Source: Macrostomum lignano
Lineage: Eukaryota
Assembly (NCBI GenBank): GCA_002269645.1
Contig: NIVC01003333.1
Location: 1-64,000, forward strand
Direction: 5' to 3'
Length of the DNA: 64,000 nucleotides
The notes beneath the pieces were generated by a model. The model had not been told where the DNA came from. It saw only the letters and a list, made by a program, of their open reading frames with translations, and did not search any database. Positions 49,676 to 61,668 of this stretch are shown here, in pieces. The first letter of the stretch is position 1; every line of letters starts with the position of its first letter. The position numbers were made by a program, and so were the translations under genes.

Positions 49676-52239
49676 GGGGATGTCAACTTAAGCACCAGAA
49701 TGGTGCCCGAAGTTCAGCTCCGGACCAAAGCGACTGCAATCGATAACTTGTCGGCCCAGACGACTAGAATCGCCGAGACATCCCATCCGGGTCCCTTCCT
49801 TGGGGTCCCAGGGGATAAAGGGGATAAAATGGGAATCTCATGTCAACTTAAGGCTCTGGAATGGAGCCCAAAGCAAGGCTCCGGACCAAACCGACTGCAA
49901 TCGATAACTTGTCGGCCCAGACGACTAGAATCGCCGAGACATCCCATCTGGGTCTTTTCCTTGGGGTCCCAGGGGATAAAGGGGATAAAATGGGGATCTC
50001 ATGTCAACTTAAGGCTCTGGAATGGAGCCCGAAGTTCAGCTCGGGACCAAAGCGACTGCAATCGATAACTTGTCGGCCCAGACGACTAGAATCGCCGAGA
50101 CATTCGCTGTGCCACTATGTTCCGGTATGTCATTGAGTGCTGCTTTGCTGCCATTAGGCAGGACAAATGTTTTAACGAGAGGCACAAACCGAATCAGTGG
50201 CTGCAGTCAGCCGGCTTCAGCGAGCGCAGCCAATTAGACGTTATCGAGAACTCGATGGCAAAGTACAATCGGGCGTTTCCACGTTTTGAATCATTTAAAC
50301 AGCTGCCAACGTCATGGACAGGGCTATCGTTGTTCGAATTCGGTCAGAAGTTCATGCGCCGAGTGCTCTTGTCCAATAAACTGGACGAAATTGAGCAGCT
50401 GCACTTCAACTGTGATCTGACGCGTGTCCCCCCTGCTAACACAACGGCATGGATTGCCGAAAACCCGCTGGATCCAAAAAGCTCGGGGTTCCCCCGAATT
50501 CACACAGAATTTGACAGATGTTTCGGTGGGTCCGTATCAACTATATCAAGCCGATGATTACATTCAAAACATTCGTGTCAATGAGGTTCTCGGTCTACGA
50601 AGGTGACTCCTGGAGAGACTTTGAGTCGCTCACATCCGAACTTCCGAGCCACCTCAAGTATTGGAAGTTTCGGTAAGAGACGCAGCCAGAAAACTGGAGC
50701 AACCGATTCGGTCGGTGGCATCCGTCTTGGATTTTTTCTAGCTGTCGTTTTCTCGCTCCATAATTCGAAATCCTACCGCGTGATTCTTAAGAGTGAGTGA
50801 CAGCAGCGGACAATCGCTTTGGTTTTAGAGATCCAGGATTGCAACTTCTTCATGGCTACTACTCGTCAGCAAAAGCTGGAGGTAGGACTGCAGGCTGCGA
50901 TTGTCATGTAATGGCAGTGCTCAAACTCCTGGGCTGCTACGCTTACCACCAAGATAGCTATCGAAGGTCTGGTACTAGCCTTCGCTTTGTTGATTCCGCT
51001 CTTCCACGCAGCCTTCCTTGTTGCCAGTCTTCATGCCAGAGAAAATGCTTTACCACAGCAGCGAAAGCCTACTGAGCAACAGTTTAGCGGCCAGCAAGAG
51101 GCGTTTCAGTCAGCCAGCAGAAGCTCAGGATCCAAGCCTCAGTCTTCAAGAGTCTTTGGTCTTCAAAACCATGGTCAGCAGTGCTACGCAATTGTTTTTG
51201 TACTGCTTCACTGCATCAGCAGCAAAGTCCAGCTCTTTCAGCCGCTCAGAGGTGGGGCAGTGAACATCGCAATGACAAACCTGATGACGTCTATGGCGAC
51301 TGAGCAAGCGTAGATCAACTTTTCGAAGCCAACCGAAGCCGATATCCGCAGCAGTTTGCGCCAAGACAGCAACACTGCTGCTAACAGTGCATTCTGCCAG
51401 AGTCGCAGCAGCAGCGTCATTGCCTAATCGAATTTACACGTGCGGTAGTTGCCTGACTAGCACGGATGAGCTGCCCATAGGAGTTCTGGATAGTCGTATC
51501 CTCAGCATCTCCTTGCAGGAGTTTTCAACCGCGCCGTTAATTCTAGACGGTCTCTACGCTGCTTTTACGGCACCAAAGCACGTCCCATGCACCAACACCA
51601 ACTGTGCAGCTGATCAGGTCTCTAACGGCAGAGTGACCCTGATGCATATAGATCGCATTGGAACCGATGGTCAAAAACTGAATACGCAAGTCTGTTGGAC
51701 AATCCGAGCAGGTAACATCTCCAGCTTGGGATGTCCAATGTTCACAGTGTCCCATTACGGTATAGTACGCCCTTGGAAGGGCACTATACATCTTGTGTCC
51801 TGAAAGATAGAGTATGGAATAAGCTGGACGACATGAGAGTTCCAAAAAACTACAATCCATTCGTTCATGAGCAATCCAAGGACCACTGAAGTCACTTCAT
51901 TAAACTTAGTTGTCCTTGGAGCCCTGCTGCAAGTATAAAGAGACCCATGGGATCATCTGCGAGAATGTTTACACAAAAACCCTTTCTGCAAACTAATGAC
52001 CATACCGTTTCATTTTGTTTAAAAAAGCATCCGGAGCCTTGCTTTGGGCTCCATTCTAGAGACTTAAGTTGACATGAGATTCCCATTTTATCCCCTTTAT
52101 CCCCTGGGACCCCAAGGAAGGGACCCGGATGGGATGTCTCGGCGATTCTAGTCGTCTGGGCCGACAAGTTATCGATTGCAGTCGGTTTGGTCCGGAGCTG
52201 AACTTCGGGCTCCATTCTGGTGCTTAAGTTGACATCCCC
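49676..52239 (+). mobile_element. Spy-group DNA transposon, copy 3, 2564 bp
   Basis: Same termini; one additional 161-bp subterminal unit at the left end (units at 49700, 49861, 50022). Confidence 0.88.
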
Positions 52240-52440
52240 TTTGCTCTCAGAGTTTCTTCCCCAAAACAAGAAAAGCCAAGAAACAGCGCTTAATGCAATC
52301 ACCGAAGTGAACTCGGATATTCGAAAAGTCACTGTTTATTTTTCATATTCCACACAGAGATCTTTCAGTAAGTATTGTCAGTAGCATTCTGACGGCGTGA
52401 GCTGTGCAGAACGCAGAATAGAACTCGTTGCTTTTCATCT

Positions 52441-52590
52441 CTACCTCCTGCAAGTGTCGCCCTTGCATGACGGCGAATCACCGAGGCAGATCTCGTTTAT
52501 GCAGTAACAGAGTGGACCACAGAGATCATCTGCATTTACAGTTGCCAACAGCGCAACGATGAGGACCAACAGAGCAAACAGAACTCGCAT
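52441..52590 (-). CDS. Secreted six-cysteine peptide precursor, copy 4
   Basis: Same protein as copy 2; TATA 52678-52685; AATAAA 52335-52340. Confidence 0.75.
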   Translation of the reverse strand: MRVLFALLVLIVALLATVNADDLCGPLCYCINEICLGDSPSCKGDTCRR

Positions 52591-53747
52591 GCTGTTTCTT
52601 GAAGATGTGAACTTGTTGCAGCCGATAATCTTGTAGGAGGATTTGTAGGCTTGATTTTGTGCCATTGCTCAGTGTTATATTTATAGATTCAAGATCCCAT
52701 AAAACACGGCTGCAATCGTTTAAATCACGCACTGCTTGTCAAGCAGCTCCCAGAAAATTATTCGACTTTCTGCTCAGGTTGCAATAAATTTTCATGTCCC
52801 TGGATTGAGTTTGATTGATGAAGCAGAGTTAATTCGCATGGCGTTAACTAAGATTTGAAATTTTCTCCACGCCTGCAAAAATAAGCGAAACTGGCTTAGA
52901 TGCAATCCATCTGCTTTTGAGCTGTGTGCTGGCACGCTGGAGGCTGTTCATACGGACTTTTGTTCGTTACCATGACAACAAAATCTCAATCTTTTGCGGT
53001 TCCTCCAAAATCTCCTAAAAATCTACCTGTAAATGTTCATATACTACATATACTATATACTATACTCATATACTATACTAGCTAAACAGAGTTTCATGAT
53101 TGACAAGCTCTTAATCTCTGAAGCTCTTAGATTCCAAGTTCGATGCAAAACAACTCAAGAAGGCGCTATCGAACGTGACAGAAGCACATGACCGTTGGCC
53201 CTGCTTTCAGGAAGCGGCACTGAGCTGGCAACATAAAATTTTGTACAAATTTAGTCGAAAATTAAAAAATCGATCACATATATCTACCGACAAACCATTT
53301 TTAGTACGAGTATAGTGTGTTAAATCGACTAACTCTTCGAAACCAACAAGTAATTAAGTAGGCAAAATCGGATGTCTGTAGCCTTCAATACCTCTGCGTT
53401 CTCGCGAACGCAAACAAAACAAACAAGTTAGCAAAAACACGCTTACCAAAAATCACGCCTTTTTTAATTATTATTTAACGTGGGGTGGGGTTAGCAAATT
53501 GAGGGGGTTGGCTCATGTACATTAAATCAAGAAAAAATACATGTACAATTAACTAAGTAAAACCCCAAAAATATGACAAACAATGAACCTTCAGAACATA
53601 GTGGAACTTAAATTTTAACCAAATAATACATACAAGTTCCTCTTATAGACTTTTTATTACATGTATGTCTTAGAATGGAATCCGAATTTAATATGTCATA
53701 TCTCATACAAAATGATAAGAGAAATGATAAGAGTCTGCAGAATTCGA

Positions 53748-53998
53748 GTCAGAAGAGTCCCAGTCAGCAGAGGCCCAGTCAGCAGAGGCCCAGTCAGCAG
53801 AGGCCCAGTCAGTAGAGTCCCAGTCAGTAGAGTCCTAGTCAGCAGAGGCCCAGTCAGCAGAGTCCCAGTCAGTAGAGTCCCAGTCAGTAGAGTCCCAGTC
53901 AGTAGAGTCCCAGTCAGTAGAGTCCCAGTCAGTAGAGTCCCAGTCAGCAGAGTCCCAGTCAGTAGAGTCCCAGTCAGCAGAGGCCCAGTCAGTAGAGT
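53748..53998. repeat. 15-bp satellite, short (~250 bp)
   Basis: Same monomer; followed by an empty AAATTT junction. Confidence 0.95.
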
Positions 53999-54255
53999 TT
54001 TTAATTATGACTTTACTCTCAGAGCTGCTCTCAGAAGTTCGTGAAAGCACGAAATTTGCTCTCAGAGTTTCTTCCCCAAAACAAAAAAAGCCAAGAAACA
54101 GCGCTTAATGCAATCACCGAAGTGAACTCGGATATTCGAAAAGTCACTGTTTATTTTTCATATTCCACACAGAGATCTTTCAGTAAGTATTGTCAGTAGC
54201 ATTCTGACGGCGTGAGCTGTGCAGAACGCAGAATAGAACTCGTTGCTTTTCATCT

Positions 54256-54405
54256 CTACCTCCTGCAAGTGTCGCCCTTGCATGACGGCGAATCACCGAG
54301 GCAGATCTCGTTTATGCAGTAACAGAGTGGACCACAGAGATCATCTGCATTTACAGTTGCCAACAGCGCAACGATGAGGACCAACAGAGCAAACAGAACT
54401 CGCAT
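54256..54405 (-). CDS. Secreted six-cysteine peptide precursor, copy 5
   Basis: Same protein as copy 2; TATA 54493-54500; AATAAA 54150-54155; upstream region cut off at ~54632. Confidence 0.7.
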   Translation of the reverse strand: MRVLFALLVLIVALLATVNADDLCGPLCYCINEICLGDSPSCKGDTCRR

Positions 54406-54703
54406 GCTGTTTCTTGAAGATGTGAACTTGTTGCAGCCGATAATCTTGTAGGAGGATTTGTAGGCTTGATTTTGTGCCATTGCTCAGTGTTATATTTATA
54501 GATTCAAGATCCCATAAAACACGGCTGCAATCGTTTAAATCACGCACTGCTTCTCAAGCAGCTCCCAGAAAATTATTCGACTTTCTGCTCAGGTTGCAAT
54601 AAATTTTCATGTCCCTGGATTGAGTTTGATTGGTGTATTAGAGTTATTTTGGATACATACATGTAGATAGATACCTACCGACAAACAATTTTTAACATAT
54701 TGA

Positions 54704-54736
54704 CTAGCCATTTAGCCCCCCCCCGGCTGGGGGGCC
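54704..54736 (-). mobile_element. Possible Helitron 3' terminus
   Basis: Minus strand reads GCCCCCCAGCCGGGGGGGGGC (hairpin), 7 nt, CTAG, then T. No matching 5' TC end identified. Confidence 0.3.
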
Positions 54737-55234
54737 ATAAAAATGACACAAATTGGTTTTTATTTTGGCCCAAAGGTAACCATTAATTTCCATTTCCATT
54801 AATAAAAAATTAAGTTTTCTGATTTTGGCAAAAATAAATTGACATGAATCAAAACTTACACCAGCCAAAAAAGTTTCCTTCATCAGGCCAAAACCCTTTT
54901 TCAATCAGCAAATATTCTTATCCTTTCAAGCACAAACTCTTAAAACATGTCGTCATTGGCCTGGGCATATTCTGGTCCGCAGCAGGAGCTCAATATGCCA
55001 ATCCCTGACGGCCTTACACCTCTCTTTTTTAGCCAAAGTCAAAGAACCAATAAGCATTAACCTTCAATAAATACGCTGGTATTTCCTATATTTCCTATTA
55101 GCAGAAATCAGCATCACTTGTGTGTACTATTTCAATATCAAATATTCAAATTAAATGAGCTACTTGTGCCATACTACTTGACGATCTGACAATCGCTCAA
55201 CAATCCAACCCCCTCCCCCAACAATTCAGCGATC

Positions 55235-57480
55235 CTTCATGAGCCTTGATATCTCAGCAATTCCCCCAGTAAGCCTCGAAATCGCAGCAATTAATCATCT
55301 ACGCAATTCTCCCAGCCCAGTAAACTTTGACATGTCAGCAATTCCCTCAGGAAGCCTTGAAATCTCAGCAATTTCCTCAATAAGCCTCGACATCGCAGCA
55401 ATTACTTCAGCCTTGACATCTTCGCAATTCTCCCAGCCCAGTAAGCCTTGACATACATCCCAACAACCCAACTCCCCTCCCCCAACAATTCAGCCATCCC
55501 CCATGAGCCTTAATATATCAATAATTAAGTCATCTCCCATGAGCCTTGATACCTCAGCAATTCCCATAGTAAGTCTTGACATCTCAGAAATTTCCTCAGT
55601 AAGCCTTGGCATCTCAGCGATTCCCCCAGTAGGCCTTGGCATCTCAGAAATTTCATCAGTGAGCCTTGACATCTCAGCGATTCCCCCAGTAAGCCTTGGC
55701 ATCTCAGAAATTTTATCAGTGAGCCTTGACATCTCAGCGATTCCCCCAGTAAGCCTTGGCATCTCAGAAATTTTATCAGTGAGCCTTGACATCTCAGCGA
55801 TTCCCCCAGTAAGCCTTGAAATCTCAGAAATTTCTTCAGTAAGACTTGGCGGCATCATGGCGGTGAACCATTGCTAAACTGCTGGTGAACCATTGCTAAA
55901 GTGATAGGGAACCACTGTACTTTTTTTATAAATCCTACTTTAAACAAAAGAAAACACAACGAAAGAAAAAGCGAAAAAGAATCACCATGTCAACCATAAA
56001 AAAGCGGTCTGTCGAGCATAAAAGACTCCATGGGAATTGCTAAAATGTCTGGGCTGGTATGGGAAATTGCTTTGATGTCAAGACTCATATAGGAGAATTT
56101 CCAAGATCTCAAGGCTTAGGGGGGAATTGCTATAATGATTTGATTCTGGGGAGAATCGCTTTGATTTCAAGTTTCATTTGTGAAATTGCTGAGTTATATA
56201 AAGGCTCATTGGAAAATTGCTTTGCTGTCAAAGCTCATTGGGATAATTACTGGAATGCTGTGGCTGTTGGGGAATGGCATAGATTGATAGGGTAAGGTAT
56301 ATGTAAGGGTTAAACCATAAATGAATCGGCCTGTCAAACATTAAGACTCATCAAGGAATGTCAAAGCTCATGGGGGATATCTGGATTATACTGTGGCTCA
56401 AGGCTCAGGGAAACGCTGTGATTGCAAGACTTGGGGATATTGCCTAAATTTTGTGGCTCAATTTGGAGTTTCTGAGATATCAAGGCTCATTATGGAATCA
56501 TGAAATGTCAATGCTCACGGGGGATCCCTGTAATGCTGTAGACTGTGGCTCTTTGGGTATTGCTGAGATGCTAAGGTTTACAGGACACATGAGACTGGCT
56601 GAGATGTCAAAGGCTCATAAGGGAATAGCTGAAATTCACGAATTGTCAAGAGTAATTGCTGAAATTCTGTAGTTCATATTGAGAATTGCTGAGATGCTGT
56701 GACTTGGCAGGTTTAGGGTTAGGGTTCAACAATAAGACTCATGTAAATTGCCAAGATATCAAAAGGTTAGCCGCTAAATTTTAAGGCTCATTGGGGAAAG
56801 TTTTAGATTTCAAAAGCTCATGGTGGAATTGCTGAAATTCTTGGGCTGAGAAGGAGCTGCTGAACTGCTGTGACTCGGCTGCAGGTTAAGGGCTATGGTT
56901 TGGGTTCAATTATAAAACAATCGTCGTGTCAGACATAAAGGATTCCTGGTGGAATTGCTAAGATTAAAGGCTCATGGGGTGAATTATTATACTTACAGAT
57001 AAATGCTTTGTCTTGCTTGCAGAATTGCTTGCAGGTCAAAGCTTTCGGCGAAATATAGATTTAAAGGCATATGAGGCTTATGATAATTGATGAGATGCCA
57101 AGGCTTACTGGGGGAATCGCTGAGATGTTAAGGCTTACTGAGGAAATTTCTGAGATGCCAAGGCTTACTGGGGGAATCGCTGAGATGTCAAGGCTTACTG
57201 ATGAAATTTCTGAGATTCCAAGGCTTACTGGGGGAATCGCTGAGATGTCAAGGCTTACTGATGAAATTTCTGAGATTTCAAGGCTTACTGGGGAATCGCT
57301 GAGATGTCAAGGCTTACTGATGAAATTTCTGAGATTTCAAGGCTTACTGGGGGAATCGCTGAGATGTCAAGGCTTACTGATGAAATTTCTGAGATTTCAA
57401 GGCTTACTGGGGGAATCGCTGAGATGTCAAGGCTTACTGATGAAATTTCTGAGATGCCAAGGCTTACTGATGAAATTTCT
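55235..57480. repeat. 30/60-bp satellite in two oppositely oriented blocks (55235-55850 forward, 56030-57480 reverse)
   Basis: CTTGACATCTCAGCGATTCCCCCAGTAAGC on the left; its reverse complement GCTTACTGGGGGAATCGCTGAGATGTCAAG on the right. Confidence 0.9.
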
Positions 57481-57897
57481 GGCAATGGTTCACTGGCACT
57501 GTTCCGCAAAATCTGCAAGCAGATGGTCACTCATCTCCATATGCTTCTTCAATAATCAAAACCATTCGAAATATTTGCAACTTGCACTTTAAATTTGATT
57601 TGCAATCCTCTTGCATTTTTATTACTTCATTGTAAGTCAGATTAGCACTGCTCACCCAGATTACTAATACCCTTAGCAAATTAGCACATACAGCAGATTA
57701 GCACTGCTCTAGAATACTAACGCGGCCCCTAGCAAAAGTATCTTTTAATTAAATGTTTAACATCTCCATGAATCTGCATCGGATACAATCATTATTATCA
57801 CAGGTCACAAAGAAAAATTCTTTGCTTCAATGCAGACTCGAACTCGACATTCTGCTTAGCTTCTGCCTGATACTGACTGCCTACTGCGGCTATTGTG

Positions 57898-58238
57898 CCA
57901 GTCAGTAGAGTCCCAGTCAGTAGAGTCCCAGTCAGCAGAGGCCCAGTCAGCAGAGGCCCAGTCAGCAGAGGACCAGTCAGCAGAGTCCCAGTCAGCAGAG
58001 GCCCAGTCAGCAGAGGCCCAGTCAGCAGAGGACCAGTCAGCAGAGTCCCAGTCAGTAGAGTCCCAGTCAGTAGAGTCCCAGTCAGTAGAGTTTTTAATTA
58101 TGACTTTACTCTCAGAGTTGCTCTCAGAAGTTCGTGAAAGCACGAAATTTGCTCTCAGAGTTTCTTCCCCAAAACATAAAAGCCAAGAAACAGCGCTTAA
58201 TGCAATCACCGAAGTGAACTCGGATATTCGAAAAGTCT
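57898..58238. repeat. Cassette remnant: short 15-bp satellite, junction, empty AAATTT site and 3' flank, cut before the poly(A) signal
   Basis: Matches the cassette until ...GAAAAGTC, then switches to retroelement sequence. Confidence 0.88.
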
Positions 58239-58239
58239 T

Positions 58240-59333
58240 CATTAAAGCTAACAAACGGTCGATACCAGGTGGGTATTCCTTGGAAGCCAGAGGCAAAAGT
58301 TCACTCGAATAACTATGAGATGGCAATCAAACGGCTTTGCAACACGGAGACCCGGTTGAAGAAGGATCTGGAGGTGGAAAAGCAATACCAAGCATGTCTA
58401 GAGCGATATGAGCAGCAATGTTACATCTGGCGCGTTGCAGCAGAAGAGCTCTCGGCCAGAAGGTGTTTCCTGCCGCATTTCCCGATCTACAAGCTGACGA
58501 CAGAGGTTCGGATCGTCTTCAATGCCTCAGCGGACTTCAGCAAGCCTGTTCAAATTTTCGAGTTCAACCGCATCGTTTTCGGCAACTTGAGCTCGCCGTT
58601 TCTTGCTCAGTTCGTAGTTCGTGAGCATGCAGAACGCCTGAAAGAAGAGCTGTCGTTAGCTGCAGATGCTGTTCTCAACTCCACCAATGTGGACGATTGC
58701 TTAGATTCGGTCGGGTCAAAGACTGAGGCGATCCAGCTGTTTCAAGAGTTGAAGACTCCCTGGGAGCGTGCAGGCATGCACCGCAGGAAATGGATGTCCA
58801 ATTTGCGAGAACTGTTGAGCAGAGTGCCACCAGAAGATCCAGTAGCGGAAGTAACATTGGAAGTGACACCGGCGCCATCCGTCAAGACGCTTGGTGTAGG
58901 ATGGAGAGGCGATCGGAACGAGTGCGCTTTTAAAGTTGACCAACCGTTAGCTGCGAACCGCATCGGAGAGACCAAGTCCGTCAGAGATCCGGACCAGTGG
59001 AGGTGTGTCACGACCGAAGTCCATCCAGCCGACGCGTTGTCTCGAGGCACTTCAGCGAAGCAGCTGACGGAGGCTGACAGCTGGTGGCATGGACAAAGGG
59101 TGACTGGTCGGAGCACAGTCGTTAGCATCAATGAGGAACGATCGGCGGTCAGACGATCAGACCCGGCCATGGCGACCAGGTTCTCGAGCTCAAAGCGGCG
59201 CATCTGCATGCAAGGCGAGGCAGCTCGATTCGCGACCACCCGCTGGCTGCCGCGGAGAGACGGGTGCGAGTTGCAAATGAGCAGCTGGTTGGCAAGGCCC
59301 CCGCGAGGCCGACTGCGAGGCTGCGTCCGCTAA
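58240..59333 (+). mobile_element. Degenerate BEL/Pao LTR-retrotransposon pol fragment
   Basis: GIPWK...[17 protein letters not shown]...RIVFNASA, SSPFLA, VDDCLDS (YVDD-like), RKWMSN, KTLGVGW, HPADALSRG, SWWHG: BEL/Pao RT and RNase H motifs with internal deletions. Confidence 0.88.
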
Positions 59334-60374
59334 TCACGAAGGGAGGCTTGAGAGCTGACTGACTAAGTTGAGATTTTGGACAAACTTTAATTTATTGAAA
59401 GTTGTGCGACTTAGCGATTATTTACTCAACTTTTGATTAGCTGTTGTGTGCGTTTCAATTTTCAATGTTTGCAGGGTTTCAAGCGATTTTGGTGATGAGA
59501 TAACGCAAATTTTTCTCTTGTTGCTTTCAAAAGTTTTGCTTCCCTGCGCATAAAATCCGTTTTTTGGTTCTATCAAATTGTATTTTTGTGTTTTCGCTAT
59601 GGTTTGTTGTGTTTGCTTTTTCCGCCTTTTTGTTTTCTGCGCGTTTTTGTTATCAGTGTTTTGCTATTTTGCGTACTTTGCGAAGTTTTCCCATACTCTG
59701 TTCGACAAGTTTTCCTATTTTTCAGCGCTTATCCTGCTCATTTCAATCACAATGTAGGCTACGTTTCAGATGCAACCCCGTTTGTTAATCCAGTTCGAAT
59801 ATTTATCGCGTCCCCGTGATTCGTTTACTGCACCTACGAGCGTAATTATTTGATCCTATTTTCACTTTGTCATTTTGTCGAGCGTATTTCATCCTAGCGA
59901 TTCAACTTTTTCCTGACAAGTACGCGGTAATAATTTAGGTTTTCAATTTTCGTGATCTTTGTTCGAGGTGCTCTTTGTTTTGTTGGCATGTGCTCATGCC
60001 AAGAAGGGAGGTATGGATTGAAGGGTAAAGGTTTTCTTTGCATCATTTTATGAGTACGACTGCACTGACTCAAAATCGTTGATTGTACGTCTGTACTTTT
60101 ACTCATACTCATGCTTCGCCTATTGCACCTGCCCCCCTCCGCGCCTCACGCCTTCATATTGATTTATTAATACGTACATTGCAAGTCATGCGTACTTACA
60201 ACCCCCCCCCGCTAAAGCCTGTGTCAACATCGCCATATACTACATTGAGAATAAATATATCTAGCTCAGGGTAGACTGCGCGATACCCTTTGATTTTGTT
60301 GTCTGCTACGATTGTCAATTGCGAGGCCAGCCGCCAAGTGCTGAGTTCTCGATTCTTGGGATTCTCTTGTCAAC

Positions 60375-60810
60375 ACTCATGACAGCGTAGCGCTGGAGAC
60401 TGTAGCCGTGATGCCAATAGCGCTCATTACAGTTAGCGCTGGAGACAGTGGCCGTGATGCCAATAGCGCTCATTACAGTTAGCGCTGGAGACAGTAGCCG
60501 TGATGCCAATAGCGCTCATTACAGTTAGCGCTGGAGACAGTGGCCGTGATGCCAATAGCGCTCATTACAGTTAGCGCTGGAGACAGTGGCCGTGATGCCA
60601 ATAGCGCTCATTACAGTTAGCGCTGGAGACAGTAGCCGTGATGCCAATAGCGCTCATTACAGTTAGCGCTGGAGACTGTAGCCGTGATGCCAATAGCGCT
60701 CATTACAGTTAGCGCTGGAGACTGTAGCCGTGATGCCAATAGCGCTCATTACAGTTAGCGCTGGAGACAGTAGCCGTGATGCCAATAGCGCTCATTACAG
60801 TTAGCGCTGA
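60375..60810. repeat. 46-bp minisatellite, ~9 copies
   Basis: ACAGTTAGCGCTGGAGACAGTRGCCGTGATGCCAATAGCGCTCATT units. Confidence 0.95.
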
Positions 60811-61518
60811 AGCTCGCTGGTGAAGGATGCTGAGACTCTCTGAGCTGCTTTCGCACGACTCCACACGCCCTTCCCTCTGCCTACCCTCCCGCTTTGTACG
60901 ATTCTGATGTACATGTCTAGGCGGCATCTATAGGATGTTTACACACACGGCTCAGAGCCCCAGGTAGACAGGTGTAAGCGGGTACAGCCACAGGGGTGTT
61001 TTTATAACGAGCTGAGTCAATTACGAGCTGTTACTGAAGTCAGCGTGGCTGAATCGCTTCCCACACGAAAGTGAACATGCAGGACACAGAGTGCACCTAA
61101 GTTTCAGACAGAATATTTGCTCTGAATTAGCAATTCAGAGGCTTGTAAATGCAACTTTGCAAAATTTTTATCAATTCTAAAGAAACTAAAGAAATCTCAA
61201 TTGATTTTCTAAGCGATCTAGCAATGAAAACGCGATTGTAGCAGATAAAACGGCAAAAAGTTTTTAATTACGACTTTACTCTCAGAGTTGCTCTCAGAAG
61301 TTCGTGAAAGTACGAAATTTGCTCTCAGAGTTTCTTCCCCAAAACAAGAAAAGCCAAGAAACAGCGCTTAATGCAATCACCGAAGTGAACTCGGATATTC
61401 GAAAAGTCACTGTTTATTTTTCATATTCCACACAGAGATCTTTCAGTAAGTATTGTCAGTAGCATTCTGACGGCGTGAGCTGTGCAGAACGCAGAATAGA
61501 ACTCGTTGCTTTTCATCT

Positions 61519-61668
61519 CTACCTCCTGCAAGTGTCGCCCTTGCATGACGGCGAATCACCGAGGCAGATCTCGTTTATGCAGTAACAGAGTGGACCACAG
61601 AGATCATCTGCATTTACAGTTGCCAACAGCGCAACGATGAGGACCAACAGAGCAAACAGAACTCGCAT
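61519..61668 (-). CDS. Secreted six-cysteine peptide precursor, copy 6
   Basis: Same protein as copy 2; TATA 61756-61763; AATAAA 61413-61418; upstream sequence diverged from ~61885. Confidence 0.75.
   Translation of the reverse strand: MRVLFALLVLIVALLATVNADDLCGPLCYCINEICLGDSPSCKGDTCRR

Larger units (their letters stand above)
35230..54632. repeat. Tandem segmental array of a cassette (peptide gene + ~1.1 kb upstream + 15-bp satellite + junction, with or without Spy element)
   Basis: Near-identical units begin at ~35230 (diverged 3' flank), 41871, 47863, 52240 and 54055 (truncated ~54632). A remnant lies at 57898-58238 and a sixth unit at ~61260-62645. Confidence 0.95.
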
